Program-made: the position numbers and the translations under genes
Shown: positions 50,701 through 64,000 of the stretch, piece after piece
Numbering within the stretch: position 1 is the stretch's first letter
Layout: the number at the start of each line of letters is the position of its first letter
Assembly: GCA_044892525.1 (NCBI GenBank)
Contig: CM097885.1
Coordinates: 238,020,001 to 238,084,000 of the forward strand
Length of the DNA stretch: 64,000 bases
Origin: Schmidtea polychroa
Lineage: Eukaryota
Reading direction: 5' to 3'
Notes under the pieces: model-generated
The model's database searches: none
What the model was told of the DNA's origin: nothing
The model's input: the letters and a program-made list of their open reading frames with translations, nothing else

Positions 50701-53630
50701 TGAATTTAATGCCAAATAATAACCAAATATTTGACTAAATAAAATCATTAAAACACACCAGTGCCTTTACGACCAGTACCCTTACGACCAGTACCCATAG
50801 AGGGAGACAATATCTTGTCGGATAAACTCAGAGTATATATAATAAAACGAGTTAACAATAACTCCATCAAATTGAATAAGTTATAATATTCATCAATTTA
50901 ATAAAAATTCATAAAAATGATCACTTTAATAAAATATATTTAATACAATTTAAAAAATATTTGTGGGGAGGATATAAGTGATAATAATTAGTAAGCGTAA
51001 AGTCGAAAGATAATTTTAATAACACAGAGATAAAATTAACAATATTATTCTCAGGTGGTAAGAATCTTCATTAAAGTTAGGAAATTATAAGAACTAGCAA
51101 TTGCTATAAAGTATTTAATCGAATTTACTAATCGAAAATCTACTGAAATTTATGATTTTGAAAGATATATCACGTTATAATTGCTATTTAATTTGCTGAA
51201 TCGATGAAAAATTATGATCAATATTTCATCTCTAGTTAGGTATTTGATGGTAAATGTGGTGAAATATTTGTAGAAAATATTGATTTTAGTGAATTTTGAT
51301 CTTTTAGTGGGCTCTTACTATATGAATTTAGATAATAAATTATTTCAATGGAAGAATGTTTGAAGCCTGTAACAATTAAATAAAATTCATATTTTGAAGA
51401 ATTTTGTATGAATTTTAAGAGAATTGATATATTAAAGGGCTGATATATTAAAGTCGGTTGGATTTAGTGAAGGTTCAGTTAAGATGGTAATATATGATTT
51501 TTAAAGGGGTATTTAAAGGGGTAGAAATATTAATTATCCACTGTTTTATTAAGTCTTTTAGGGTTAATGATCCATTTACTTGGTTTTGACAATGAAATAT
51601 TTGAAATCTTTAGAATTAATTGGGATTGATATCAAAGGTTATTGCTTTAAATTATTTTATTTAAGAAGTTATTTTATTCATGGTGTGGATATCAGTGAAC
51701 GAAATTTATGATTTTAATTAGATTTTTAGAAATTAAATCGGTTGAATATTAAGGGTAAAAAATCTATTGAAGGAATATTGTTATCGGATGGATAAATCTT
51801 TCAATGATATTTTGCTAAATTACCTTTGCTAAATATTATTTTAAATGATTAAAAATGAGAAAATTAAGCAATATTCATAAATTGATCGCACAAAATATCC
51901 ATGTTTTGGTTACTCAAAAATCCCTATTTAAAAATGTTAACCATATATTTCTCACAAAGATATATTACACCCAATGATCATCTCATTAAATTAGAAAAGA
52001 ATTGTAACCCTATATTTCTAACTAATAAGCACTTTAAATGGTTAAATGATAACCAAATGATCATGTTTCTATTATGATTCCTTTTTGCCTCGAACAAAGA
52101 TAGAAATTTACTCCAAATGATAAAGAATTTCTACCAAAATTATCAATAAATATATTAATGACCATGCATTTCTCACGAATTTATATAAACTATTGTAATG
52201 AACACTAGATGAATAAATTACCTATGAAATGCTAAATATGCATATATTACCTTTTGCTAAATAATAAATGACTAAACATGACAAAGTTAACCAATAAATT
52301 AGTCGCTCGAAATAAGAATTCGGTAAGTTACATTCAAATTATTCACGAATTTCTGATATCTATGATCATCCATTTCTCACTAAATTACCTAAGAATTTTT
52401 AACTAATATGCATAGGCCTTAATTAATATACCCTTGCGACATGTTGAATGTGACCAGTACCCTTACGATAAATACACGTAGGGAGACAGAATATTTTGTC
52501 GGATAAATTCAGACTATATATAGAAACTTACAAAATGCTATGGTTTTTATTGATTAATTTGTTGTATATTGCATTGATACATCAAAATGTCAGATTATAT
52601 TTATAAATTAACTAAAAAATACTATATTACCTAAGAATTCAGTTATGTTTCTAGTTAAATAATTGAAATAATTGGTATATGTATCAACTATATCAAAATA
52701 TTTGTTATGAATCCTAGAATATTTAATTAAATGGTTCAGCCAAAAACCAGGGATTTCTAACTAAATTGGTAAATTTATCTGGAAATATTTTACTTAAGAA
52801 ATCGCTATATTTAAAATAACCATGTACTTTTCACTAAATTGCCTAAAAATTTGCTATATGGTATTGTTAAATAAAATAATCATAATAATAAATAATAATA
52901 TTATGTCAGGGCATGAAAAAATAATATAATTGTATGACTAATAAATTTGCAATACAAGTGCATAATTAACAAAGACTTTGCAATAAATGGGCATGATTAA
53001 CAAAGACACTAGAAATATTATCTTTGCATTTTGTCGAAGATGATTATGGCAGTAATATCAGAGGAGAATCAATGGAAAGAAGAAAAGCATCATTATGATT
53101 TATAATAATTGTAAATATAATTGTAAATATAATTGTATATATAATTGTAAATTTCCATATATACAAATAACACTATTTAAAAATTAATACAAATATTAAA
53201 ACAAAATGAATTAATAATGAATATGTTTTAATCAAAAGGTATTACAATAAAACAATAAATTTATAAAAACAAATTAAAAGATTTATTTACGAAACAATAA
53301 TAACCAATACTACTGTAACACATAATATCAACTTTAAAATATTGATTAGGGTTTCTTCGGCTTTTCCAGCATCTTCATTGTTCTTGCGAAGATCTTTTCC
53401 CATTTTGATGAACTCATGGGTATATTTCATTCTGAATAATCTAAAAATAATATTATAAATACCAAACCATCCATCATATCATCAACATTTGGTAGTTGCG
53501 CCCAATATATTTAATTACCAAGATGATTTCATATTATTCAATGTTTGAAAATTTTCTACATTATAGTACCGTCATTATGTATGGTAATAATTCATTTGAC
53601 TTTGATATTGTATTGATTTGTATTGTGAAC

Positions 53631-53931
53631 TTACATGTATATAGTATGATATTCATTAATCAGTGTTGAACAGGTTTGACAATTGTGAACATTCTTCTCG
53701 TGACACTTAGAATAAACAATTACGTGACCACACGGTAAATACAAAACCGAAACTTGATTTTCTTTACAAATTGAACAAGTTAAATACCTTTTCTTAACAT
53801 CGTTCAGTTTTTTCCGTTAGCTTATTTTCAATCAAATCGGTTTTTGCTATCCATTCATAAATTAAATTAGTGTTTTCAAAATGTAGAAATTGTAACCATG
53901 GTTGAAACTTCAAATGTCTAAGTAACATCAT
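53631..53931 (-). pseudogene. Mirror copy of the IAP-like remnant
   Basis: Reverse complement of 47494-47794, with the same lesions. Confidence 0.7.
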
Positions 53932-54050
53932 ATTGTATAACAATAATAATAAGCATGACTAGTACCCTTGCAACCTGTTGAGTGTGAGCAGTACCCATAG
54001 GGGGACAAAATATTTTGTCGGATAGACTAGGAGTATATATATATATATAT

Positions 54051-54112
<62 letters not shown>

Positions 54113-54168
54113 TTAAACATACATGGCAATGATTTAATTATAAGATAACGCCAATCAAACATTTTTTT

Positions 54169-54207
54169 CACGATTAATTTCGACAGTTTTCCTGTCATCA
54201 TCAGGTG
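54169..54207 (-). ncRNA. Minimal type I hammerhead ribozyme (inverted pLTR copy)
   Basis: Exact reverse complement of 55079-55117. Confidence 0.8.
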
Positions 54208-54248
54208 GGATATAATACTCATTAAATAAAGGATCCTTTTTAGTAGTT

Positions 54249-54887
54249 ATGGTGAAAGAGACTGTTGACAAATTTATTAAAAATCCTAAGGATCCATGTT
54301 TGAGAAAATTTGGGTGTGATCTTGTTGAGACGTGTGAGTCTGATGAGTTAAAATCTGTGTGTGATTTTGTTGAGGTGGGTGAGTCTGATGAGTTAAATAA
54401 ATTAAATAGTGTGAGCAAGGATGATGAGCCTAAATTTGTGTTAGTATTGCCGTACTCAGAAGGTTTTAAGGATTATAAAGTGAAGATAAGAAAGCAGTTA
54501 GGGAATTTAAACTATAGGATAGTGTCAACTTCATGGAAAGTACGCAATATGTTTATTAATAAGTCAAAGACTCCGGTTGAATTGTGTTCCGATCTCGTTT
54601 ATCAGTTTACATGTAATGGGTGTAATGCCACATACATTGGAGAGACTTCCCGTCATCTCTGTATTCGAGCTCGAGAACATTGTAGACCGAAGTCTTTGAC
54701 CCATATTGGTGAGCACAATAAGGGATGTAAGATTAAAATAGGTATGTCTGATTTTAAAATTTTATTAAAAAACTTTGATAATTATTGGGAACGTGTGATT
54801 TGTGAGGCGTTGTTGATAAAATCATTGAATCCGAAAATTAATGTGCAGAATGCTGTAAATACTTGTGTGTTGAGTGTTTTTAAATAA
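54249..54887 (+). CDS. Penelope-type C-terminal GIY-YIG endonuclease fragment
   Basis: LVYQFTCNGCNATYIGETSRHLCIRAREH...ICEALLIK..NPKIN, with an upstream LPY motif typical of the PLE linker. Confidence 0.9.
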   Translation: MVKETVDKFIKNPKDPCLRKFGCDLVETCESDELKSVCDFVEVGESDELNKLNSVSKDDEPKFVLVLPYSEGFKDYKVKIRKQLGNLNYRIVSTSWKVRNMFINKSKTPVELCSDLVYQFTCNGCNATYIGETSRHLCIRAREHCRPKSLTHIGEHNKGCKIKIGMSDFKILLKNFDNYWERVICEALLIKSLNPKINVQNAVNTCVLSVFK

Positions 54888-55078
54888 GCTTTTGTGTATT
54901 GTATGTATTGATTGTTGTGTTAAATTAAATAATTGATAAAAAATTTTTAAATTTTTAAATTATTAAATTAAATTTTAAATGTTAAAGTTTTTAAAAAATA
55001 ATATTTTTATAAAATAAAAAAAATTTTTATATATAATTAAATTTGTTTAAAATCCTTTATTTAATGAGTATTATATCC

Positions 55079-55117
55079 CACCTGATGATGACAGGAAAAC
55101 TGTCGAAATTAATCGTG
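55079..55117 (+). ncRNA. Minimal type I hammerhead ribozyme
   Basis: CAC-CTGATGA-TGACAGgaaaaCTGTC-GAAA-TTAAT-C-GTG gives the conserved core, a 5-bp stem II, a palindromic stem III (ATTAAT), a UC cleavage site at 55114 and a 3-bp stem I. Confidence 0.82.
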
Positions 55118-55143
55118 AAAAAAATGTTTGATTGGCGTTATCT

Positions 55144-55186
<43 letters not shown>

Positions 55187-58052
55187 TACTTTGAAAATAA
55201 ATAATAAGAAATTTGAAAATAATTTTGAAAATATTGAAAATCGTGAAAATTATGAAAATGATGAAAATGTTGAAAATGATGAAAACGTTAAAAATTATGA
55301 ATTATGAATTATGAAGTAAATAATAATAAAACATCGAAAATAAAATAATAAGAACTTCGCAAAAAATAATAATAATAGTAATAATTATAATAACAATAAT
55401 AATAATATACTTTGAAAATAATTCTTTGAAAATAATACTTTGAAAAATATTCGATGAAAAGTTTCTGAAATAATCATGAAAATGTTGAAAATCGTGAAAA
55501 TATTGAAAATGTAGAAAATTATTAAAATAATCATGGAAATGATGAAAATGATGAAAATATTGAAAATGTTGAAAATGATGAAAATATTGAAAATGATGAA
55601 AACGTTAAAATTTATGAAAATGTTCCTAAAAATAATCATCAAATATTGAAAATCGTAAATTGATGCAGAAAATAAAATAATAAGAACTTCGCAAATAATA
55701 ATAATAATAATAATAGTAATAATAATAATAATAATAAATAGGAGTTTTACAACATTAATTTCACAAAATACACTGAATGAGATTCATCGATTATGACACC
55801 ACAACTCTGACATCTACTACAGTTTTTCAAACATATGGAACAAATAATGATATGACCTTGAAAATAATAATATTTTGAAAAATAATAATATGACCTTGAA
55901 ATAATTAATATTTTGAAGAATAATAATATGACCTTGAAAATAATAATATTTGAAAAAATAATAATATGACCTTGAGAATAATAATATTTTGATAATAATA
56001 ATATGACCTTGAAAATAATAATATTTGAAAAATAATAATATGACCTTGAAAATAATAATATTTTGAAAAATAATAATATGACCTTGAAAATAATAATATG
56101 ACCTTGAAAATAATAATATAACCTTGAAAATAATGAAGTTATAATAATGTTATAATAATAATAATATTAATACCCTTGCGACATGTTGAATGTGACCAGT
56201 ACCCTTACAACAAATACACATAGGGGGACAGAATATTTTGTCGGATAAACTCGGACTATATAATAATAATAATAATAATAATAAGAAGAAGAAGAAGAAG
56301 AATAATAATAATAATAATAATAATATTGATTAAAACTTCGAAAATAATAATTTTGAAAATAACATCTTCCGCGCGGGCGTTAATATCTTTCCCAATAATA
56401 ATGATAAATTAAATTATTACGTAATCAACAATTAAAACAAAAAAATTATATAATCAACGATTTAAACAAAATTAAATTATTGAGTAATCGATAATTAAAA
56501 AAAAAAATAAAATTATTATTATATAATTAACAATTTAAACAAAATTAAATTATTACGTATTCGATAATTAAAACAAAAAATAAAAATATTATTATATAAT
56601 TAACAATTTAAACAAAATTAAATTATTACGTATTCGATAATTAAAACAAAAAATAAAAATATCATTATATAATTAACAATTTAAACAAAATTAAATAATT
56701 ACGTATTCGATAATTAAAACAAAAATAAAAATATTAATAAATAATCAACGATTTAAACAATATTAAATTATTTCGTAATCGATAATTAAAACAAAAATAA
56801 ACCGCTGGAACAAAAATAGATGTCTTTGTTACAAAAAATAGAACGACCTTGGCGAGTCATCGGATCAATGATCGGATCAAAAATGTTACTAAAAATATAT
56901 TCAAAATGTTACTAAAAATAGAATGACCTTGATGACTCAGCGACTGAGTCATGGTCTTTGTTTAAATTTCCTTGATAATGAAAACTTGATGATAATAATA
57001 ATAATAGTAATATTAATAATAAATTTTGAAAATATTTTCGAAAATAATAATAATACTATTGATAATAATAAATAATATTGAAATTAATAATAATAAATAA
57101 TAATAATACTATTGATAGTAATAAATAATAAATTCCATGGGCGCGTCATTGCATTTGTTCAAAAAATAAATGAGTCATCGATGAGTACTTTTTTATTACC
57201 GTTTGTTTGATATATATATTATGAGGTTTGAAAAATTTAAACCTTGGATCCTTGGACTCTTTGACCTTCAAACTTGGACCATCATATTCATCTTTGAATT
57301 ATCTTTTGTTTGATATGTATATTATAATGTTTCTAAAATTTGAACCTTGGACTCTTTGACCTTCGAACTCACCTTTGAATTACCTTTTATTTGATATGTA
57401 TATTATGAGGTTTTAAAAAATTTGAACCTTGGACCCTTTCGAGGGTATGACCTTCAAGGGTATGACCATCATACTCACCTTTGCATTACCTTTTATTTGA
57501 TATGTATATTATGAGGTTTTAAAAATTTTGAACCTTGGACCCTTTCGAGGGTATGACCTTCAAGGGTATGACCATCATACTCACCTTTGTATTACCTTTT
57601 ATTTGACATGTATATATCTATATGTATAATTTTTAAAGGTTTTGGACCCTTTGAAGGTTTGAAGGTTCAGGACCATTCATAAACCTTTGAAAGTATGACC
57701 ATGATACTTACATCTCAAATACCTTTTGTTTGATATGTATATTATAAGGTTTTAAAATTTTTTAACCTTGGACCCTTGGACCTTCGAACTCACCATCAAA
57801 AGTCCTTTTGAATGATATATATATTATATGATTTGAAAAATATTTAATTTTGGATACCCTTTGAAGGTTATTGACCCACCATTCACCTTCGAGGGTATGA
57901 CCATCATACTTACCTCTCAAATCCCTTTCGACTGATATATATATTATAAAGTTTGAAAAAATTCGAAGGTTTTTGACCCTTTGAAGGTTATTGACCCACC
58001 ATATACCTTCGAGGGTATGACCATTAGATAGATCTCTCAAATACCTTTCGAA

Positions 58053-58249
<197 letters not shown>

Positions 58250-58874
58250 AGTTTGAAAACATTCGAAGGTTTTTTACCCTTAGAAAGCCGAGGACCCACC
58301 ATACACCTTCAAGGGTATGACCATTAGATAGACCTATCAAATACCTTTCGAATGAAACCCTTTAGTGAAGGTTTGACCTTAAAAATATGACCTTGACCTT
58401 AAAAATATGACCTTGACCTTTAAAAATATGACCTTGACCTTAAAAAATATGACCTTGGCCTTAAAAATATGACCTTGATGAGTCATCATATGGCCTTGAG
58501 TGAGTCATGGTCTTTGTTTCAATGACCTTGATGAGTCATCCGTTGACCTGGAATGAGTCATGGTCTTTGTTTCAATGACCTTGATGAGTCATCCAATGAC
58601 CTTGAATGAGTCATGGCCTTTGTTTCAATGACCTTGATGAGTCATCCAATGACCTTGATGAGTCATGGTCTTTGTTTCAATGACCTTGATGGGTCATACG
58701 ATGAGTCATGGTCTTTGTTTCAGCGACCTTGATGAGTCATAGGATGAGTCATGGTCTTTGTTTCAATGACCTTGATGAGTCATATGTCTTTGTTTAAAAT
58801 TTGACCTTGAAAAAAATTTTTTTTCGTTTCCCCCCCGGGGGGGTAGTGTGCCAGTGGTGACACATCCCACTACT

Positions 58875-59343
58875 CATTTTCATTTCTTCGAACACTTTCT
58901 CACATTCCTCAGTCCAGATTATTTTTTCCCTATTGTTTCCACATATGCTTTCTAGCGCTCTTGATTTTGTTGCATATTCCTTAATAAATCTCCGATAATA
59001 GTTACATATACCTAAAAAGCTTCTCAAATTCTTTATACACTTAGGCCTCTGAAATGATTTAATAGCCTCAATTTTACTTTGATCTGTCCGAATCCCCTGA
59101 CTGTTAATAATGTGCTTTAAAAACTTTACTTCGCTCTTTAATAACTGACATTTTTCTGAGTTGATTCTCAATTTAGCTTCCATTATTTTCTCTAGAACTT
59201 TTCCAAACAATTTGTAATGTTCTTCAATTGTTCTTGTAAAAATTAAAATATCGTCTAAATACACCATAACTCCTTCTTTCCATAGATCTTTCAATATTTT
59301 TGTCATTAATTCTTGGAATGTACCCGGTGCCACCGCAATGCCA
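58875..59343 (-). pseudogene. pol: Gypsy pol RT portion (5'-truncated), other half of 42579-44207
   Basis: GIAVAPGTFQ...YLDDILI...LRSFLGICNYYRRFI...VFEEMKM, which joins ALTTAPIL across the TSD. Confidence 0.93.
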
Positions 59344-60036
59344 TATATATACTTACAAGTGACCTTTTTTTTAGCTTTTTTTAGTTCAATGCGACCCTCA
59401 GGGGTTTGAACTAAAAAAGGCTTATTATGGAGGAGTATGCCACGCAGAAAATAAATAAGCAATACATATATGATGTATTTAACAACACAATGGTTACCAA
59501 TTACAAAAATTAAAAATCATTAAATCTAGTAAATGTTATGATAAAATGTAAGTAAGAAAAATCTGCACAAGTATTATGAAGAAAATAATTCCAGAATAAT
59601 CATTGCTAAATTTGAGATATAAGTATCATGGTTTCTGCCTTATAGCAAATGCGTTGAGGTATGAGATGAAAGCATAATGGAATGCCAAATGCTTCAAATA
59701 AATAAACATTATGGTCATTTTCAACCAATCAAAACTGGTTCATTATCAAATTATTTCATTATCAAATGTTTACAAAGCAAATTGAGCAGATGATTATTCA
59801 AATAACAAAATAAACATAATCAGTAATCAAACAATTGAAATTTTTATTAGTACCAAATATGAAATATGGATTCTCTGAACTGTAAAGTAATTAAATTTTC
59901 AAATAATAAAATAAATTTTACCTTTGAATAATTTTAATGCAGTTTTTAATTCCTCTTTGTTAAAAGAATTCACAGCCCAAATCTAAAAGTTACACCATAA
60001 CAATAAAAATAAATAACAATATTAGATTATTTTAAT

Positions 60037-60893
<857 letters not shown>

Positions 60894-61741
60894 CTCATTA
60901 TCCCAAGTTGACTTAAAGTTATACGTCCTATTATATGATAATATAATGTAGTAAATTAACGAGAGGTATGAAATATTAATATATTAACTTGCTGACCTAA
61001 ATTGTGAAATTTAATTCACGATATCGTGAAACATTTGTCTGTTTAGAAGCTAAGATTGTTTTAAGCGTCAACAGAATTTGGCGGAATTGATAAATTATGA
61101 AAAGCCAACTTAGTTATCTTTAAAAAAAGTGCGCTTGTACGCTGCTACTTTAGACTGAATTTAAAAGATACCTAGAATGTTTTCAGAAGACCGTAAAAAT
61201 TGAACTGTTTAGGTTGGATTAGGTGTGTAGGCTTTTTATCTTTAACAAAAGAAAGCTTGAAGCTCGTCTATCTATATACTTTATTTCATTATTTAAAACG
61301 TGCCTCTATACAAGTGTAAGTCAGTTCCAGTAAAAATCATTTTTTTTATATAAAAAAGTGTTTAATACCGATGCGCTTAATGGTTTTTGAAGGATGACGA
61401 GTATATCATATATAATGAATAAAAATTATTGAATGTATGATTGAGAATAGAATACCATCTTCTAATGAACATAGGAATACGAAAAAGACACAAAAAATGT
61501 GAGCTGATCTTAATATAAGACAACTATGATGCACAGTTACAGACAAGCTCACGGGTATCTTGAAACCATCCGGATTTAAAAAAACACAACAAAAAAATTT
61601 AGAAGGAATAAACATTATAAGGAATCAAAGCAGTGGGTAGGAGCTGCAAAACGACCAAAAATGAAACAAAATGAAGCAACTGCTTTTTGGTATGCACATG
61701 AGTAATATTCATCGACTAACTTCAAAAAGATTGAACAACCC

Positions 61742-61975
61742 CATTTGACAAAGAAAAAAGTGATTTTTCATCAGGACAACGTACCAACACAAAAAGGTGC
61801 AATAGCAATACCAAAATTAATGAAATTACGTTACGAATTGTTTCCTCGTTCACAGAACTGGCTCCGTGCGATTTTTTCTTATTTCCAAATTTGAAGCAAT
61901 GTCCTACAGGTAGAAGATTTTAATCAAATGAAGAAGCCGAATGGGAAACAAATGCATGTTTTGGAAATTTACAAA
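61742..61975 (+). pseudogene. mariner transposase C-terminal fragment
   Basis: KVIFHQDNVP...LAPCDFFLFPNLK...GRRF, with a frameshift and a stop. Confidence 0.8.
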
Positions 61976-62823
61976 AACAGTTGACATTTCATTTTCTAGA
62001 CCAATGGCTTATCTAACCTTCTAGTGTGTCAAAATTTGCATCAAAATCACTCAAAAAGGCTTGGCCGAAAATTCGTGAATTTCAAAAAAACATTGATATA
62101 TTTACTGATTCATAGTCAAATGTTTTACATCTCTTTTATTGTCAATTATGGACTTTTCGATTATTCGGATTGTTCCTTATCCGAACTATCTCCATTCCCA
62201 ATTGGTCTGGATAATCGAGGTTCTACTGTATATATATCAAAAATATCTCGGCATTATTCTCAGAAACAAGGAAAAACACGAAACATTTAACTCAAGTATT
62301 CAAACAAATATTTATTAAGTCAAATTTTAAACTTATTTTTTATTCATAATGTCTAAAAATTTAATTTTTAAAATTTAGAATTAAAATTCTTTTTAATTGA
62401 AATTTTACTCAGAGAAATTAGTTTTCACTTTATCATTATAATTTAGCATTTTAGTTAAAATATGTTTGAAAAATTTGTCAACAGCTGCTATTTATTAATT
62501 CAATTCGTTTAAATGGCATTATACCTGTTTATTTTAATAAACATTCCCTTTTAACGTATATTTAAAATTCTCCTTTTAAATGTTTATTTTTCTAATAATA
62601 TTAGTAATTTTATTATTATACTTCAGAAACACTTTAAAATAAAATTTAAATAATAACTCATAAATAATTAAAAATTAAGCATTAATTAATTAATCATTAA
62701 AAGAATTTACAAAAAAACTACCTGAGTAATAGATCTATTTCATGAAAATTTTCTAATAAACGATGTAATTATTTTAACTGAATAAATTAATCTAAATTAA
62801 AATTTTATAAATACGTGAATTAC

Positions 62824-63098
62824 TTTAGGTGTATGATGATAATTACAACGACGTCCATAAAAACCATTTTTACATCTAAAATTGGTAAATATATAATGAT
62901 AACAAATAATAATTTTCACTTACAGACAGGAAACTTTGTCTTTGCTACACATTCCATGAATGCAAAAATTAGGTTCACCACTACCTGTCACAAATAATTC
63001 AAATTTAATTTAGTTATTTAAATATTAAAAGTGAATTAATAATAAAACATACATTTTTCAATAACAAAAACAGTTTTAATGCGGTTAAGAAATTTCAT
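62824..63098 (-). CDS. EGF-like domain exons (63053-63098, 62924-62984, 62824-62875); gene limits unresolved
   Basis: GT-AG splicing gives MKFLNRIKTVFVIEKCSGEPNFCIHGMCSKDKVSCLCKNGFYGRRCNYHHTPK, with six Cys in EGF spacing and the G-x-R-C motif. Confidence 0.7.
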
Positions 63099-63723
63099 TA
63101 GATAACTGTAGCCATCCAAATATTAAAATATAAACTGTTTTAATATTGGGATAGTTTGTTTAAATATTCAAACATTGTTATTAAAATATAATTTGAAATG
63201 TCAGCGTGTTCTTCTCCCAACAATAACAATGTTACATGTTTTAAACAAATCATCAATATAAATTTAAATTATAATTTAATAAAAATATAATTTATTAGAC
63301 ATGTTATACATGTTCTTCTTATAACTATTATCTTATTTCAATAATAAATATTTTAGCATTAAATTTATTAATTCTTATGTTCTGGAAATTAAATTGGCAA
63401 TAAAATTTATTTAAAATAATGGAATATATATATATATAATACGTAGAAAATATATGCATTTTTTATTATGTAAAATGTAACATTTGTTATAATTTTTAAC
63501 AGAAACTCAGATGGAAGATGAATGTTAAGATGGCCAATAGCTCTAAGATTGAATGTATAACATTTTAATTTGGACGAAGAAAAATTGATAGAACGCACCA
63601 AAAAATTGATAATACACTGTACAAAAATGAATTTTTATTTTCCGATTATTTTATTTCTGGTATATATAAACCGGTGATCTGTAGCATGTTCTAGTGTGTT
63701 CCATTAATTAATTAAAATATTTT

Positions 63724-63856
<133 letters not shown>

Positions 63857-64000
63857 ACTTCAATAATTTAACAAATATTTTAAAATTTAGACTATTTTCA
63901 ATAAATATATTTACAATTTTAATTAATTATAATTTTAACAAAAAATCAATAAATTTAAAAACTTTTTAAAAATAGATTTATTTGATTTTAGTCTTAATTT

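Larger units (their letters stand above)
54107..55148 (+). mobile_element. 5'-truncated Penelope-like retroelement with inverted pseudo-LTRs, inserted in an (AAT)n tract
   Basis: GIY-YIG ORF flanked by a ~97-bp inverted repeat (54138-54234 vs 55051-55148). Absent from the left arm (47281-47390). Confidence 0.88.

Overview
Very AT-rich, intron-containing eukaryotic (animal) genomic DNA. The ~42-45 nt introns, long (ATT)n/(TA)n tracts and repeat content are compatible with a planarian-type genome, which is an inference. Host genes: a minus-strand LRRC74-like LRR/EF-hand gene (5.6-13.0 kb), convergent BORCS7 (+) and CAB39/MO25 (-) genes (17.9-19.4 kb), a multi-exon DEG/ENaC channel gene (-, 23.9-40.9 kb) and EGF-domain exons (-, 62.8-63.1 kb). 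Many transposon relics are present: Ty3/Gypsy, hAT, pogo/Tigger, mariner, Merlin-like, piggyBac-like and Penelope. The main feature is a 14.7-kb element (44208-58874) with Maverick/Polinton-type AGTAGT...ACTACT ends and a 6-bp TSD (CATTTT). It splits a Gypsy pol gene. It has no recognisable core viral genes and is almost entirely one giant palindrome, with arms of ~6.1 and ~7.7 kb around a ~0.84-kb spacer. It carries TF-site-rich subterminal arrays, a recurring promoter-like motif and a decayed IAP-like (BIR end + RING) gene. One arm only contains a Penelope GIY-YIG insertion flanked by inverted repeats, each holding a minimal hammerhead ribozyme. All calls were made by eye, without database searches.
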